From: Mobula hypostoma
Taxonomy: Eukaryota
DNA: 64,000 nucleotides
Direction of reading: 5' to 3'
Assembly: GCF_963921235.1 (NCBI RefSeq)
Contig: NC_086097.1
Location: 175,834,001 to 175,898,000 of the forward strand
Shown: positions 1 to 11,989 of the stretch, in pieces
How positions within the stretch are numbered: position 1 is the first letter of the stretch
Layout of the letters: each line of letters starts with the position of its first letter
Notes under the pieces: generated by a model
What the model was told of the DNA's origin: nothing
Database searches by the model: none
What the model saw: the letters and a program-made list of their open reading frames with translations, nothing else
Program-made: the position numbers and the translations under genes

Positions 1-545
1 GACTAATTTGGGTATTGTGTGCAGTTTTGGCCACCTACCGACAGGAAAGATGTAAATAAGGTTCAAAGAGTACAGAGAACATTTACAAGGATGTTGCCGG
101 GTCTGGAGGACTGGAGTTGTAAGGAAACATTGAGTAGGTTAGGACTTTTTTCCTCTTGAAACGTAGAAGATTGAGAGGAGATTTGATAGAGGTATACAAA
201 ATCATGAGGGTATAGATAGGGTAAATGCAAACAGGCTTTTTCCTTTGAGATTGGGTGGGACTATAAATAGATCATGGGTTAACGGTGAAAAGTTCAAGGG
301 CAACATGGGGGAAAAGTTCTTCATTCAGAGGGTTGTGAGTGTGTGGAACGGGCTGCCAGCACAAGTGGTGCATGAGAGCTTGATTTCAACCTTTAAGTGA
401 GGTTTGGATAGTTACAGGATGGTAGAGGAGGGGAGATCTATGGTCCAGGTGCAGATTAATGGGAATAGGCAGGTTAAGAGGTTTGGCACAGTCTAGATGA
501 ACCTAAGGGTCTGTTTCTGTGCTATACTTTTCTATGACTCTATGG
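1..545 (+). mobile_element. Old CR1 LINE 3' fragment (in TTR intron 2)
   Basis: Degenerate CR1 ORF2 C-terminus (YCVQFW, LRGDLIEVYKIM, FFIQRVV) followed by 3' UTR and a tctatg-type tail. Confidence 0.8.
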
Positions 546-1318
546 CTTTATGATTACTGACCACTGGAAAGACATTTTAAGGAAACAGGTTGAGAAAGGG
601 ATTGATAGTGTAAAATGAAGATGGAGCAAGTTAAAGTTGGGAAAAGCAATGTTCCAGAAGGCTGCAAGGTGCTCAGATGACTTCCTCTAGTTGGGCTTCC
701 TTATGGGACTGGAGTAGAATTGACCGTAAGACACAAGAGCAGAATCAAGCCATTTGGCCCATTAAGCTGGCACCACCAACAGAATGAGGAGAAGGAATGA
801 GAATTAAAGAGGCACACATCAAAACCTCAGGGCCATGCCCCGTGGCTCTATGCATGTCCATCTTGTCTGGTTCATTCCCTAACCTAGGTTCCTTTTGCCT
901 GGAATTCAAGTGCCTATCTTAAAAATTGGATGAACTCAGCGGCACAGCATCTGGGGAGGGAAGTGTGGAGCCATCATTTTATGTCAAAAAAACATCGTCT
1001 CCATTTTTGTTCATAGAAGGATCTTGACCTCAAACATGGATGGAAAAGGTTTAGAGGAATCCAGCTCCAACCCAGGCAAATGGGACTAGCTCAGGTGGAC
1101 ACCTTTGTAGACATGGACAACTTGGGCTGAAGGGCCTGTTTCTCTACTGTATAACTCCCCGACTCTATAAACCTATATAAAGTACCCCAAAAGCCAGCCT
1201 TGCCAAAGATGCTGACATCAATATTTGAAAAAAAACACATTGAGCATTGGACACCAAGAAGTTGCAGAGGCCTGATTTGCTGCAGGCCTGGGAAAGGGCA
1301 GTCAGATATTGTACTCAC

Positions 1319-1455
1319 GCTGTGGAGAGCTGCTGCCAGGTTTGGTCGTCACTTTGCCTCAGCATTTGAACGTGCAGGTTTGCAGCTGGTGTACCGCTCA
1401 CAGCATCCAGAACTTTGATGAGGATTGGGCATTTGTCATCACGGGCACCATGACT
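1319..1455 (-). CDS. TTR: Transthyretin exon 2 (137 nt, phase 0 to phase 2)
   Basis: Minus strand reads ...tttcctttgaatgtag|AGT CAT GGT...ACA GC|gtgagt and translates SHGARDDKCPILIKVLDAVSGTPAANLHVQMLRQSDDQTWQQLSTA. This matches the TTR exon 2 pattern (KCPLMVKVLDAVRGSPA...W...) with the same phase-2 end. Canonical AG/GT sites. Confidence 0.95.
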
Positions 1456-4400
1456 CTACATTCAAAGGAAACAGATAAGTGATGGAAAATTGAGACTTCC
1501 TCAAGGCAAAGGCATCCAGAAGTGGAGATGTAATTAATGTCAATGGATTCTCTAAGAATGCAATTCAACTGTTAACAAATTGAAATGAAGAACCAAGATA
1601 AACGTAGATGAAATTAATAGAAAACTTGCTCCTCTATAGGCCCTTTGAATGTTTCCAAATCACCTTGCAGCCAATGAAATAACATAGTCTCTATTGTTAT
1701 ATAGGAAATGCAGCAGCCAAGATGCACATAGCAAGATCCCACTACCACAACAATGATTAGGTGAAATCTTTGTACTTGACTATACTGACAGGTTCTATCC
1801 TGCTGTTATCGGGCTCTTAAACAGAAATGGATTTGAAGTTGGATTATTAGTGTGGCCTGTACAGAGATGCAGTACAAAGCTTGACTTGCATACTGCATCT
1901 CTGTATCTCATGGGTCGTCGTATCTGACCCACGACCTCCGGCACTGCATTCCAGATCTCAGCAGCATACTGTGTGAAAAAAAATCTCCCCTCAAATCCTC
2001 TTTAAAACACCTTCCACTCACATTAAACCTATACCCTCTCCTTTTGATACCCCCTGAGGATCCTGACTGCTGAATAGTGCGTCAATCAAGCTGATTGTTT
2101 TGCTTTGGATGAAAACAAGCACTCCTTCACTGCTGGCACTGCAGCTTTAGGCAAAGTCCAAAATGCTGTTATTTTTCTTGTTGATTTATTGAACCTGGCA
2201 GTCACAAATACTACCAACATCCAATGTCATTGCCCAAACGTACTTGGAAGGACAGTACAAGCTGCCTCCTGAATTGTTGCATAGCGTGGCGAAGATGCCT
2301 TTGGACAATGGGCTCCTGGGATTTAGACCGAAAACTAGGGTACAGTTAAAAACAAGAAATTGTGCAGTTCTAGTCCCTCAATATAAGATGGACATGGAAG
2401 CTTTAGAGCAGGGTGCAAATAAAATTGCCAGCATGCTGCCTGGGTTAGAGAGCATGCCTTAACAAAGCCGAACAAGCTAGGACTTCCTTCCTTCGGAGTG
2501 AAGGAAAATGAGAGGTGCTTTGATAGGGGTGTACAAGAAGGTAGGAGGCCTTGTTAAAGAGACTGCCCTTTTCCCAGGGCAGAAATGACTAATACGAAAA
2601 GGTATAATTCTAAGGTGCTTGGAGAAAAGTATAGGGCTCAGAGATTTTTATAAAGAGAGTGTTAGGTGTGTGGAACACACTGTCAAGGTGGTGGTAGAGA
2701 CAGATACATTAGGGACTTTTAAGAGACCCTTAGACTGGCACATGGATGAAAGAATGAAAGCAAAAAAAGGAGGGCTGCTGTATGTGGGGCAGGGGGAGAT
2801 TAGATAGATCTTGGAGTAGTCTAAGTGGTTGGCACAACATCATAGGCTGTACTGTTCAAAGTAAATTGTTCACAGGGTAAAAAAAATTCCCTTGCTAGAG
2901 CCTAACTGAGAAAGAGGATCAGATTTCTTCTCATGAAGAAAGTTAGAGCAGAGTACAGAGATCAGACTCTTACTTGAACGATGAAATGGATGCTTGACCT
3001 CACAATCTATCTCATTATGATCTTGCACCTTTATTTTTTAAACCTGTGTTTTCTCTGTAGTTCTTACATTTTATTCTGCATTCTGTTATTGTTTTACCTT
3101 GTTCTATAAGCACTGGCCTGATGAGCCTATAAGGAACGGGACAGACTTTAACTTTAACCTCACTACACTGTGTAACGATCTGATCTGTATGAATAGTACT
3201 CAAGTCAACCTTTCCACTGCCCATGTGACAATACTAAACCAGCAGCAACATAGTATAGACAGGAACAGACCTTTAGGCGCAACATGACTGTGCTGATATG
3301 ATGCCAATCAAAGCTAATCCTACCTACGTGCACAAGATCCATATTCCCTCCCCCCTCCCCCCATCCTCTGTTTGTTCATGTGTTCATGAAAGGGGAAAGA
3401 TTTGAGAGAGACGGAAAAGAAAATTTTTCATTCAGACTGCTGGTTTTATGGAATGAGCTGCTAAAGGAAGTGGTAGAGGCGGATTCAATAACAATATTTA
3501 AAACACATTTGAACAGGTACATGGATAGGAAAGGTGCAGAGGGGTATGGGCCAAATGCAGGCAAAAGGGACTAGGCTCTTGGTTGGTGTGGATGAGTTGT
3601 GCCAAAAGGACTGTTACCACGCTGTTTAACTCAGCGACTTTATGTTTGTCTAAATGCCTCCTAAACAGTGCTATTGTATCATCTTCCCCTGCCAGCAGGT
3701 TCCAGGCACTTACAACTTGTGTACAAAAAGCTTGCATTGTATGTCTCCTTTAAGCTTCCCCCCTCTAACCTTAAACCTATGCCCTCTAGTATGTGGCATT
3801 TCCACAGGGGGAAAATGACTTGGATTGCCCACCCTATTTATGCCTCCCACAGCTTTATAAACTTTTATCAGGTCTCCCCTCAGCCTCCAAAGCTCCAGGG
3901 GAAAAAGCCCAAGTTTGTCCAACCTCTCCTTATAATTGTCACTAATCCAGGCAAAATCCTGAAGAACCCCTTATACACCTTCTTCAGAGCCCCACGTCCT
4001 TCCTGTGATACATACACAGTACTCCACCTGCAGCCTAACTAAATATCTGAACAACTGCAACATGACTTCCTGACTTTTATCCCCAGCACCCTGACTGGGG
4101 AAGGCAAGCATGCTGAACACCTTACTTACATCTCTAAGTTGCCACTCTCAAGCATCTATGGACTTGCAAGATTTATGGTCAGTGCTCATTCTTATGGACT
4201 GAATAGAATGTGCACGGAGAGCATGTTTCCATTAGTGGTAGCGTCCAGGATGAAAAGGCACAGTCACAGAATAAAAGGACATCCCGTTAGATGAGGAGGA
4301 ATTTCTTTAGCTGGAGGGTGGTGAATCTGTGGAATTCACTGCCTCAGACGGCCGAGGAGGCAATGTATATTTAAAGCAGAAGCCTACAGGTTCTTGCTTA

Positions 4401-5499
4401 GTAAGAGTGTCAAAGCTTACAGGGAGTGTGTGTGTTGCTTGGATTTCCAGCATCTACAGGTTTTCTTTTGTTAGGGAGAATGGGGCTGAGAGGGGAAATA
4501 AATGAACCACGATTGAAGGCTGAAGCAGACTCGATGGGCCAAATGGCTTAATTCTGCTCCTAAGTCTTATGGTCTTGTAGTTTTGTGGTAAGTCGCTGTG
4601 TTTGGTTTGACTGGTGCCCGATCTACTAGACAACAGACTCAGTGTATTGGGTGCCTTGAGTTCTGGACAGAGGACAGCTGGAGCCAGAGGGAGGCCCATG
4701 AAACCTTTGGTCATCTTTTGATAATCAAGGATGCACCACGTTGACTTGGATCAGCCAGGGTGACTCTGGGTAGAGGATACATCAAATGAGCAGGGTGGAA
4801 GCAGACTGGGCCTATATTCTCTAGAACTCAGAACAGTGAGAGGAGAGGTGTTCAAATCTTATAGATCTCATTGATCCATGTAAATGCAGGGACAATGTTC
4901 CTCTGGCTTATTGGTCTTGAACCAGTGGTCAAATTATTAAAGCAAAGGATTGATCAGTCAGATGAGGTGGGGTGAAAATTCTTCACCCAGAGGGTGGTGA
5001 TCTCTGGAGTTATCTACCCAAGAGGCCAGTGGAGGAAAAGGTAGATATGTTTATTTTTAGATATTAAGGAAATTTGGCATGTCCCTGGTGATTCTCACCG
5101 ATTTTTATAAACGCACCATAGAAAGCATCCTATCTGTACTCATCACAGCTTGGTATGGCAACGACTCTGTTGTATGGCAGAGAGTTGTGAACGCAGCTCA
5201 GCACATCACGGAAATCAGCCTCCTATCTATGGACTCAGTCTATAATTCTCACTTCTTCAGTAAAGCAACCAGCATAGGCAAAGGTCCCACCCATCCCGGA
5301 TATTCTATCTTCTCTCCCTCCTATTGGACAGAAGATAGAAAAGCTGAAAGCACATACCAGCGGGTTCAAGGATAGCTTCTATCCCATTGTTATCAGGCGT
5401 TAAAAAATGAATCTTTGATTTCCCGCTCTTTCACATAGTGGACCCTGTACTCTCTGCCTGCACTACACTTTCTCCATAACTGTAGCAGTAACTGTAATA

Positions 5500-8400
5500 G
5501 AGGTAATCTAAGGGACATGGATAGACAAGGACTGATTAAAGATAGTCAGCATGGCTTCATGCATGGTAGGTCATGTCTCACCAAATTTATAGAGTTTTTC
5601 AAGGAAGTTATCAGGAAAGTGGATGAAGGCAAGGCAGTGGATATTGTCTACATGGACTTTACCAAGGCTTTTGACAAGGTCCCGCATTGGAGGTTGGTCA
5701 AGAAAGTTCAGTCGCTCAGCATGCAGGATGAAGTTGTAAATTGGATTAGACCTTGGCTTTGTGGGAGAAGCCAGAGTGGAGCAGTAGAGGGTTGCCTCTC
5801 TGACCGGAGGCCTTTGACCAGTAGAGTGCCGCAAGGATCAGTGGTGAGTCCATTGTTGTTTGTCATCTATATCAATGACCTGGATGATAATGTAGTTAAC
5901 TGGATCAGCAAGTTTGTGGATGACACCAAGACTGGGGGTGTAGTGGACAGTGAAGATGGCTATCATGGCTTGCAGAGGAATCTGCTTCAGGTAGAAAAAT
6001 GGACTGAAATATGGCAGATGGAATTTAATGCAGACAAGTAAGAGATGATGCACTTCAGTAGGACCAACCAGGGTATATCTTACACAGTGAATTCGGGGGC
6101 ACTGAGGAGTGTGGTAGAACAAACGGATCTGGGAATACAGGTCCATAATTCATTGAAAGTGGTGTCGCCGGTAGACAGGGTTGTGAAAAAAGCGTTTGGT
6201 ACATTGGCCTTCATAAATCTAAGTATTGAGTACAGGATGTTACATTGAAGTTGGATATGATGATGGTGAGGCCTAATTTGGAGTATTGTGTGAAGTTTTG
6301 GTCAGCTACCTACAGGAATGATGTAAAGAAGGTTGAAAGAGTACAAAGAGTATTTACAAGGATGTTACTGGGTCTGGAGGACCTGAGTTATAAGAGTTTA
6401 GTACTTTATTCCTTAGAACAAAGAGGTTTGAGAGGAGATAACTCTACGAGGTGTTTTTTTTTTATAAACCACCCAATAGTAACAGGGACATCGAGGAGCA
6501 GGAGATTCTGGAAAGGTGTAATAATAACAGGGTTGGCGTGGTGGAAGATTTTAATTTCCCAAATATCAATTGGCATCTCCCTAGAGCAAGGGGTTTAGAT
6601 GGGGTGGAGTTTGTTAGGTGTGTTCAGAAAGGTTTCTTGACACAATATGTAGATAAGCCTACAAGAGGAGAGGCTGTACTTTATCTGGTATTGGGAAATG
6701 AACCTGGTCAGGTGTCAGATCTCTCAGTGGGAGAGCATTTTGGAGATAGTGATCACAATGTTATCCTCTTTACTGTAGCATTGGAGAGGTAAAGGAACAG
6801 AAAAGTTAGGAAAGTGTTTATTTGGAGTAAGGGGAAATATGAGGCTATCAGGCAGGAACTTGGAAGCCTTAATTTGGACAAATGTTCTCAGGGAAATGTA
6901 CAGAAGAAATATGGCAAATATTCAGGGGATATTTGCGTGGAATTCTGCATAGGTACGTTTCAATGAGACAGGGAAAAGATGATAGGATACAGGAACTGTG
7001 GTGTACAAAGGCTGTTGAAAATCTAGTCAAGAAGAAAAGAAGAGCTTATGAAAGGTTTAAAAAAACTAGGTAATGATAGAGATCCAGAAAATTATAAGGC
7101 TAGCAAGAAGGAGATTAAGAAAGAAATTAGGAGAGCCAGAAGGAACCATGAGAAGGCCTTGGCGGACAGGATTAAGGAAAACACCAAGGTATTCTGCAAA
7201 TATTTGAAGAGCAAGAGGATAAGACGTGAGAGAATAGGACCAATCAAGTGTGGCAGTGGAAAAGTGTGCAGGGAACTGGAGGAAATAGCAGAGGTACTTA
7301 ATGAGTACTTTGCTTCAGTATTCACTACAGAAAAGGATCTTGGTGATTGTAGGGATGACTTAAAGCAGGCTGAAAAGCTTGAGCATGTAGATATTAAGAA
7401 AGAGGATGTGCTGGAGCTTTTGGAAAGCATCAAGTTGGATAAGTCACTGGGACCAGGCGAGATGTACCCCTGGCTACTGTGGGAGGCAGGGGAGGAGTTT
7501 GCTGAGCCTCTGGCAATGATCTTTGCATCATCAATGAGGATGGGAGAGGTTCTGGAGGATTGGAGGGTTGTGGATGTTGCTCCGTTATTCAAGAAAGGGA
7601 GTAGAGATAGCCCGGGGAATTATAGACCAGTGAGTCTTACTTCAGTGGTTGGTAAGTTGATGGAGAACAACTGGAGAGGCAGGTTTTAGGAACATTTGGA
7701 GAGGCATAATATGATTAGGAGTAGTCAGCACGGCTTTGTGAAAGGCAGGTCGTGCCTTACGAACCTGATTGTATTTTCTGAGGATGTGACTAAACACATT
7801 GATGGTGGTAGAGCAGTAGATGTAGTGTAAGTGGATTTCAGCAAGGCATTTGACAAGGTACCCCATGCAAGGCTTATTGAGAAAGTAAGGAGGCATGGGA
7901 TTCAAGGGGCATTGTTTTGTGGATCCAGAACTGGCTTGCCCACAGAAGGCAAAGAGCGGTTGTTGATGGGTCATATTCTGCATGGAGGTTGATGACCAGT
8001 GGTGTGCCTCAGGGATCTGTTCTGGGACCCCCTACTCATTGTGATTTTACAAATGATCTGGATGAGAAAGTGGAGGGATGTGTGAATAAATTTGCTGACG
8101 ACAAAGGTTGGGGGTGTTGTGGATAGTGTGGAGGTCTGTCAGAGTATTAATGGTAAGAATCTTGGCAGTGTGGAGGATCAGAGGGATCTTAGGGTCCGAG
8201 TACATAGGACACTGAAAGCAGCTGTGCAGGTTGACTCTGTGCTTAAGAAGGCATACGGTGCATTGGCCTTCATCAATCGTGGGATTGAGTTTAGGAGCCA
8301 AGAGGTAATGTTGCAGCTATATAGGACCCAGGTCAGACCCTACTTGGAGTATTGTGCTCAGTTTTAGTCGCCTCACTAGAGGAAGGATGTGGAAATCATA

Positions 8401-9250
8401 GAAAGGGTGTAGAGGAGATTTACAAGGATGCTGCCTGGATTGGGGAGTATGCCTTATGAGAATAGATTGAGTGAACTCAGCCTTTTCTCCTTGGAGCAAC
8501 GGAGGATGAGAGGTGACCTTATAGAGGTGTACAAGATGATGAGAGGCATTGATCGTTTGGCTAGTCAGAGGCTTTTTCCCAGGGCTGAAATGGCAAGCAC
8601 GAGAGGGCACAGTTTAAAAGCGCTTAGAAGCAGGTACAGAGGAGATGAGATGTTAGGGTTAAGTTCTTATGCAGAGAGTGGTGAGTGTGTGGAATGGGCT
8701 GCCGGTGACGGTGGTGGAGGCAGATATGACAGGGTCTTTCAAGAGACTCCTGGACAGGTACATGGAGCTCAGAAAAATAGAGGGCTATGGGTAACCCGAG
8801 GTAATTTCTAAGGTAAGGACATGTTTGGCACAGCTTTGTGGGCCGAAGGGCCTGTACTGTGCTGTAGGTTTTCTGTGTTTCTATCTGATAGAGGTATACA
8901 AAAGTATGCAGGGTAGAAAGAGGGCAAATGCAAGCAGGCTTTTTCCACTGAGGCTGGGAGGGACTACAGAGGTTGTGGGTTAAGTGTAAATGCTGAAAGG
9001 TTTAAGGGGAACAAAAGAGGAAGCTTCTTAACTCAGAGGGTTGAGAGTGTGTGGAATGAGCTTCCAGCATAAGCGGTACGTGCGAGCTTGATTTCAATGT
9101 AAAAGCAAAAATTGGATAAGTACATGGATGGTGGGGGTATCGAGGGCTATGGTCCTGGTGCAGGTTGATAGGTATAGACAGTTTAAATGTTTTTGACATG
9201 TATTAGATGGGCCTGTTTCTGTGCTGTACTTTTCAATGACTCTATGTTTC
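5500..9250 (+). mobile_element. CR1 LINE (5' truncated, decayed) interrupted by another CR1 at 6440-8884
   Basis: RT motifs QHGF, YMDFTKAFDKVPH, PQGS and KFVDD in 5517-6041. Sequence breaks at agaggagat (6439) and resumes ctgatagaggtatac (8885), i.e. LRGD|LIEVYK. Confidence 0.85.
6440..8884 (+). mobile_element. CR1 LINE with part of the APE endonuclease and RT, decayed and internally deleted
   Basis: DFNFPNINW and SDHN endonuclease motifs (6451-6792), NYRPVSLTS, PQGS and KFADD motifs, 3' UTR ending ttctgtgtttctat. Many stops and frameshifts. Confidence 0.9.
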
Positions 9251-9334
9251 TATATTGTGCATTCTGTTTCTCAACAATGAACTGATGTGATGAAGTGATC
9301 TGTCTGGATTGTTTGCAAAACAAAGTTTTTCTCT

Positions 9335-9680
9335 GATAAGCTCTTCTTGGGTTTCCAGCCAGGTACAGATACCAATATGAACCAGCACTTTGATGACAAA
9401 CTCTGCCACTTCATCAGGGATGATGCCTAGGCCTTCATCTTTGTCAAAATTCTTTTTCTCTAGTTTTATTTCAATGGCTTCCTTCACCAGGTTTTCTTTA
9501 TCTTTAACAAAAATGAAGGCCTCGCTCTAGGTAAGAACTGGAACTTGATTGTAAACAAAGTGGGGCTGTGGAAATCTGATTGGATAAGAACTAATCAGTC
9601 TGGAGAGATGGATGTTTGGAGTATATATCCCTGCTGAAGATGGCGGAGTTTGTCATCAAAATGTCTGTTAGAATTGATAC
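9335..9680. mobile_element. Penelope-like element remnant: two short pieces in inverted orientation, each with a decayed hammerhead motif
   Basis: Minus piece encodes KEAIEIKLEKKNFDKDEGL and plus piece FNKNEGLALGKNW (GIY-YIG C-terminal tail type). Motifs ctgatga-a-gtggcagagtttgtcatc-aaag (minus, 9417-9385) and ctgctga-a-gatggcggagtttgtcatc-aaaatgtc (9631-9665). Confidence 0.65.
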
Positions 9681-10139
9681 TGCTTTACCTTGTTCTACCT
9701 GATTCTGATTCTGAAAAGCCATCAAGTTAGGTCTAACACAAAAGGGCTGTTCCTCTGTGTCATAGAGTCATAGTGTCATACAGTATGGATACAGCCTCTT
9801 CGGCCCGACTTCTCCATGCCAGCCAATATTGCAACCTAAGCTCGTCCTATCTGCCTGCATTTAACCCATATCCCTCTTAATCTTTTTCATCTGTGCATCC
9901 ATCCAAATTGTAGAAAGGTAACCAGGGGTTGAATTTTATGCCACCAGTGGAATGATTAGGGAGGATATCAGCAAAAATATTTTCTCTCAATGAGCGAGGA
10001 TTTGGAATTCACAGGAGGAGAAAGGTAGAGACAGAAACAATCCCCATGCTTAATAAGTATCTGAATGAGCCCAGGAAGAGTTGAAGTGTCCAAGGAGAAG
10101 TGGTATTCATCTACAGTCCATCACTGGGAGTACAAATAA

Positions 10140-10795
10140 ATGGAATCAGAATCAGGTTTATTATTGGGAAATTTGTTAACTTAATGGCAGCAGTTCAATG
10201 CAATATATGATAATATAGAAAGAAAAAAATAAGTAAATTGATTATAGTAAGTATATATATGTACATAGAATAGATTAAAAATAGTGCAAAACCAGAAATA
10301 ATATATACTAAAAAAAAGTGAGGGAGTATTCATGGGTTCAATGTCCATTTAGGAATTGGATGGCAGAGTGGAAGCAGGTGTTCCTGAATCGCTGAGCATG
10401 TACCTTCAAGCTTCTGTACCTCCTTCCTGCCGGTAACAATGAGAAGAGGCATACCTTGGGTGATGGAGGGTCCTTAATAATGGACGTCGCCTGTCTATGG
10501 AGGCTAATACCCATGATGGAGCTGATCAGTTTTATGACTTAGTGTAGCTTCTTCTGGTCCTGTGCAGTCGTCCCTCCCCATACCAGACAGTGATGCAGCC
10601 TGTCAGAATGCTTTCCATGGTGCATGTATAGAAGATAGAGTGTTTTAGTTGACAAACAAAATCTCTTCAAACTTCTAATGAAATATAGTTGCTGTCGTGC
10701 CTTCTTTATAGCTGCATCAATATGTTGTGTCCAGGTTAGTTCCTCAGAGATATTGGGACTCAGGAATTTGAAAATGCTTACTCTCTCCACTCTGC
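10140..10795 (-). mobile_element. Rex/Babar-like LINE 3' fragment
   Basis: ERVSIFKFL...LTWTQHIDAAIKKARQQLYFIRSL and an aataaacctgattctgat tail. Similar fragments lie at ~5078-5470(+), 15340-16470(+), 24700-25540(-) and 60490-61040(-). Confidence 0.7.
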
Positions 10796-11568
10796 TCTTT
10801 CTTGGAAAACCTGTGTATAATTTATGTCCAGCTTACTGCAAATGCTGCTTATTTGATGGTATACGTCTGTGATGCTGCTGTGAACTTTTCATTGCACCTG
10901 TACACATATGTATTTGTGCATATGACAATAATTTTGGTTTTGGCTTTGGAAATTTAGTAAATAGAACATATTGGCTGCATGTTTTAGTTTTCAGTCACTG
11001 GGCAATAATGAACTAAAATATAATTCAGCACAGCACACAATGTCTGTGCTGAATACGTTGCTAAATAATGGTAAACTTCTGCTTGCATGAGATCCATATT
11101 CTTCCTTTCTGTACATAAGATTTACATAAACTACTCTGTTGTTTCGTCCCAGGTGAAGCCGAAAAGAAAATATTCTCTACAGACGCCAGTACCGGCAGCC
11201 AGAAGACACAAAAGCCTGAAAGCACATGCCACTTGAGAAAAGGACAGCTTCAATCCCACTATTATTAGACTCTTGAACAGACCTCTTGTACGGTAAGATT
11301 GACTCTTAGTCTCACTTGATCTTGAACTTTATTGTTTAGCTCTACTGCACTTATTCAGTAGTTTTTACACTTCATTCTGAGTCATAATTGTTTTACCTTA
11401 TTCTAGCTCAATGCATTGTGTAGTAATTTGATCTGAATAAACAGTATGCAAGACAAACTTTTCACTGGGACATATGACAATATTAAAACCAATTCTGCCA
11501 ATACCAATGCAATCACCAATAAGTATCCCCCTAAAAGAAAGACTTACCGCCTTATTGGAAATACTTAC

Positions 11569-11631
11569 CACACTTGTGGCTCCACTGGAGGCAGTGAGGG
11601 CGAACACAAACAACAACAGTGCATGGAACAT
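11569..11631 (-). CDS. TTR: Transthyretin exon 1 coding part (signal peptide MFHALLLFVFALTASSGATSV)
   Basis: ATG 55-60 nt downstream of a TATAAA, hydrophobic signal peptide, GTG|GTAAGT donor in phase 0 that joins in frame to exon 2 (…GATSV|SHGARDDKC), like bird TTR (…APLVSHGSVDSKC). An in-frame upstream ATG at 11649 would add MYRECK. Confidence 0.88.
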
Positions 11632-11685
11632 TTTGCACTCTCTGTACATCAATACGAGGTGGAGCTGTTGTGTCTGAGGGCAGAC

Positions 11686-11780
11686 TTTATAGTACACCCA
11701 GGCAGGGGTCACCCAATCACTAACCTCCAAACTGCTGACTTAGATTATTATCTCAATAAACACTGGGCAAATCAGTAACT
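11686..11780 (-). promoter_or_regulatory. TTR proximal promoter: TATA box, ATTGG (inverted CCAAT), HNF6-, FoxA- and HNF1-like sites
   Basis: Minus strand: GTTACTGATT (11779-11770), TGTTTATT (11762-11755), AATAATC (11749-11743), TCAGCAG (11738-11732), ATTGG (11717-11713), TATAAA (11691-11686). Order and spacing resemble the mammalian TTR promoter as recalled. Confidence 0.8.
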
Positions 11781-11989
11781 CGTGGAATGGGGTGCTCATT
11801 GGACAACAACAAAAGTCTCCCCCTTTAATGCAGCCCCCGAGTTCAGAGCAGCTTTAGCAAGGCAATGAAACCGTGATGAACGGTTTGCACAGTTGGTTAA
11901 TGCAAAATGTTTAAAACAGCTTTTGGTGTTGTTGCTTTTCCAACAAATCTGTAATGACTTTATTTAAAAATGCTAGCATAGAATCAGTG

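Noticed and set aside
2244..2315. 72-nt AG...GT-bounded in-frame segment on the minus strand in TTR intron 1 (EPIVQRHLRHAMQQFRRQLVLSFQ)
   Set aside because: Weak polypyrimidine tract, no similarity to TTR, and exons 1 and 2 already join into a canonical protein. At most a cryptic exon.
11398..11730. 110-aa minus ORF as a standalone membrane protein
   Set aside because: It is TTR exon 1 read through promoter and intron sequence.
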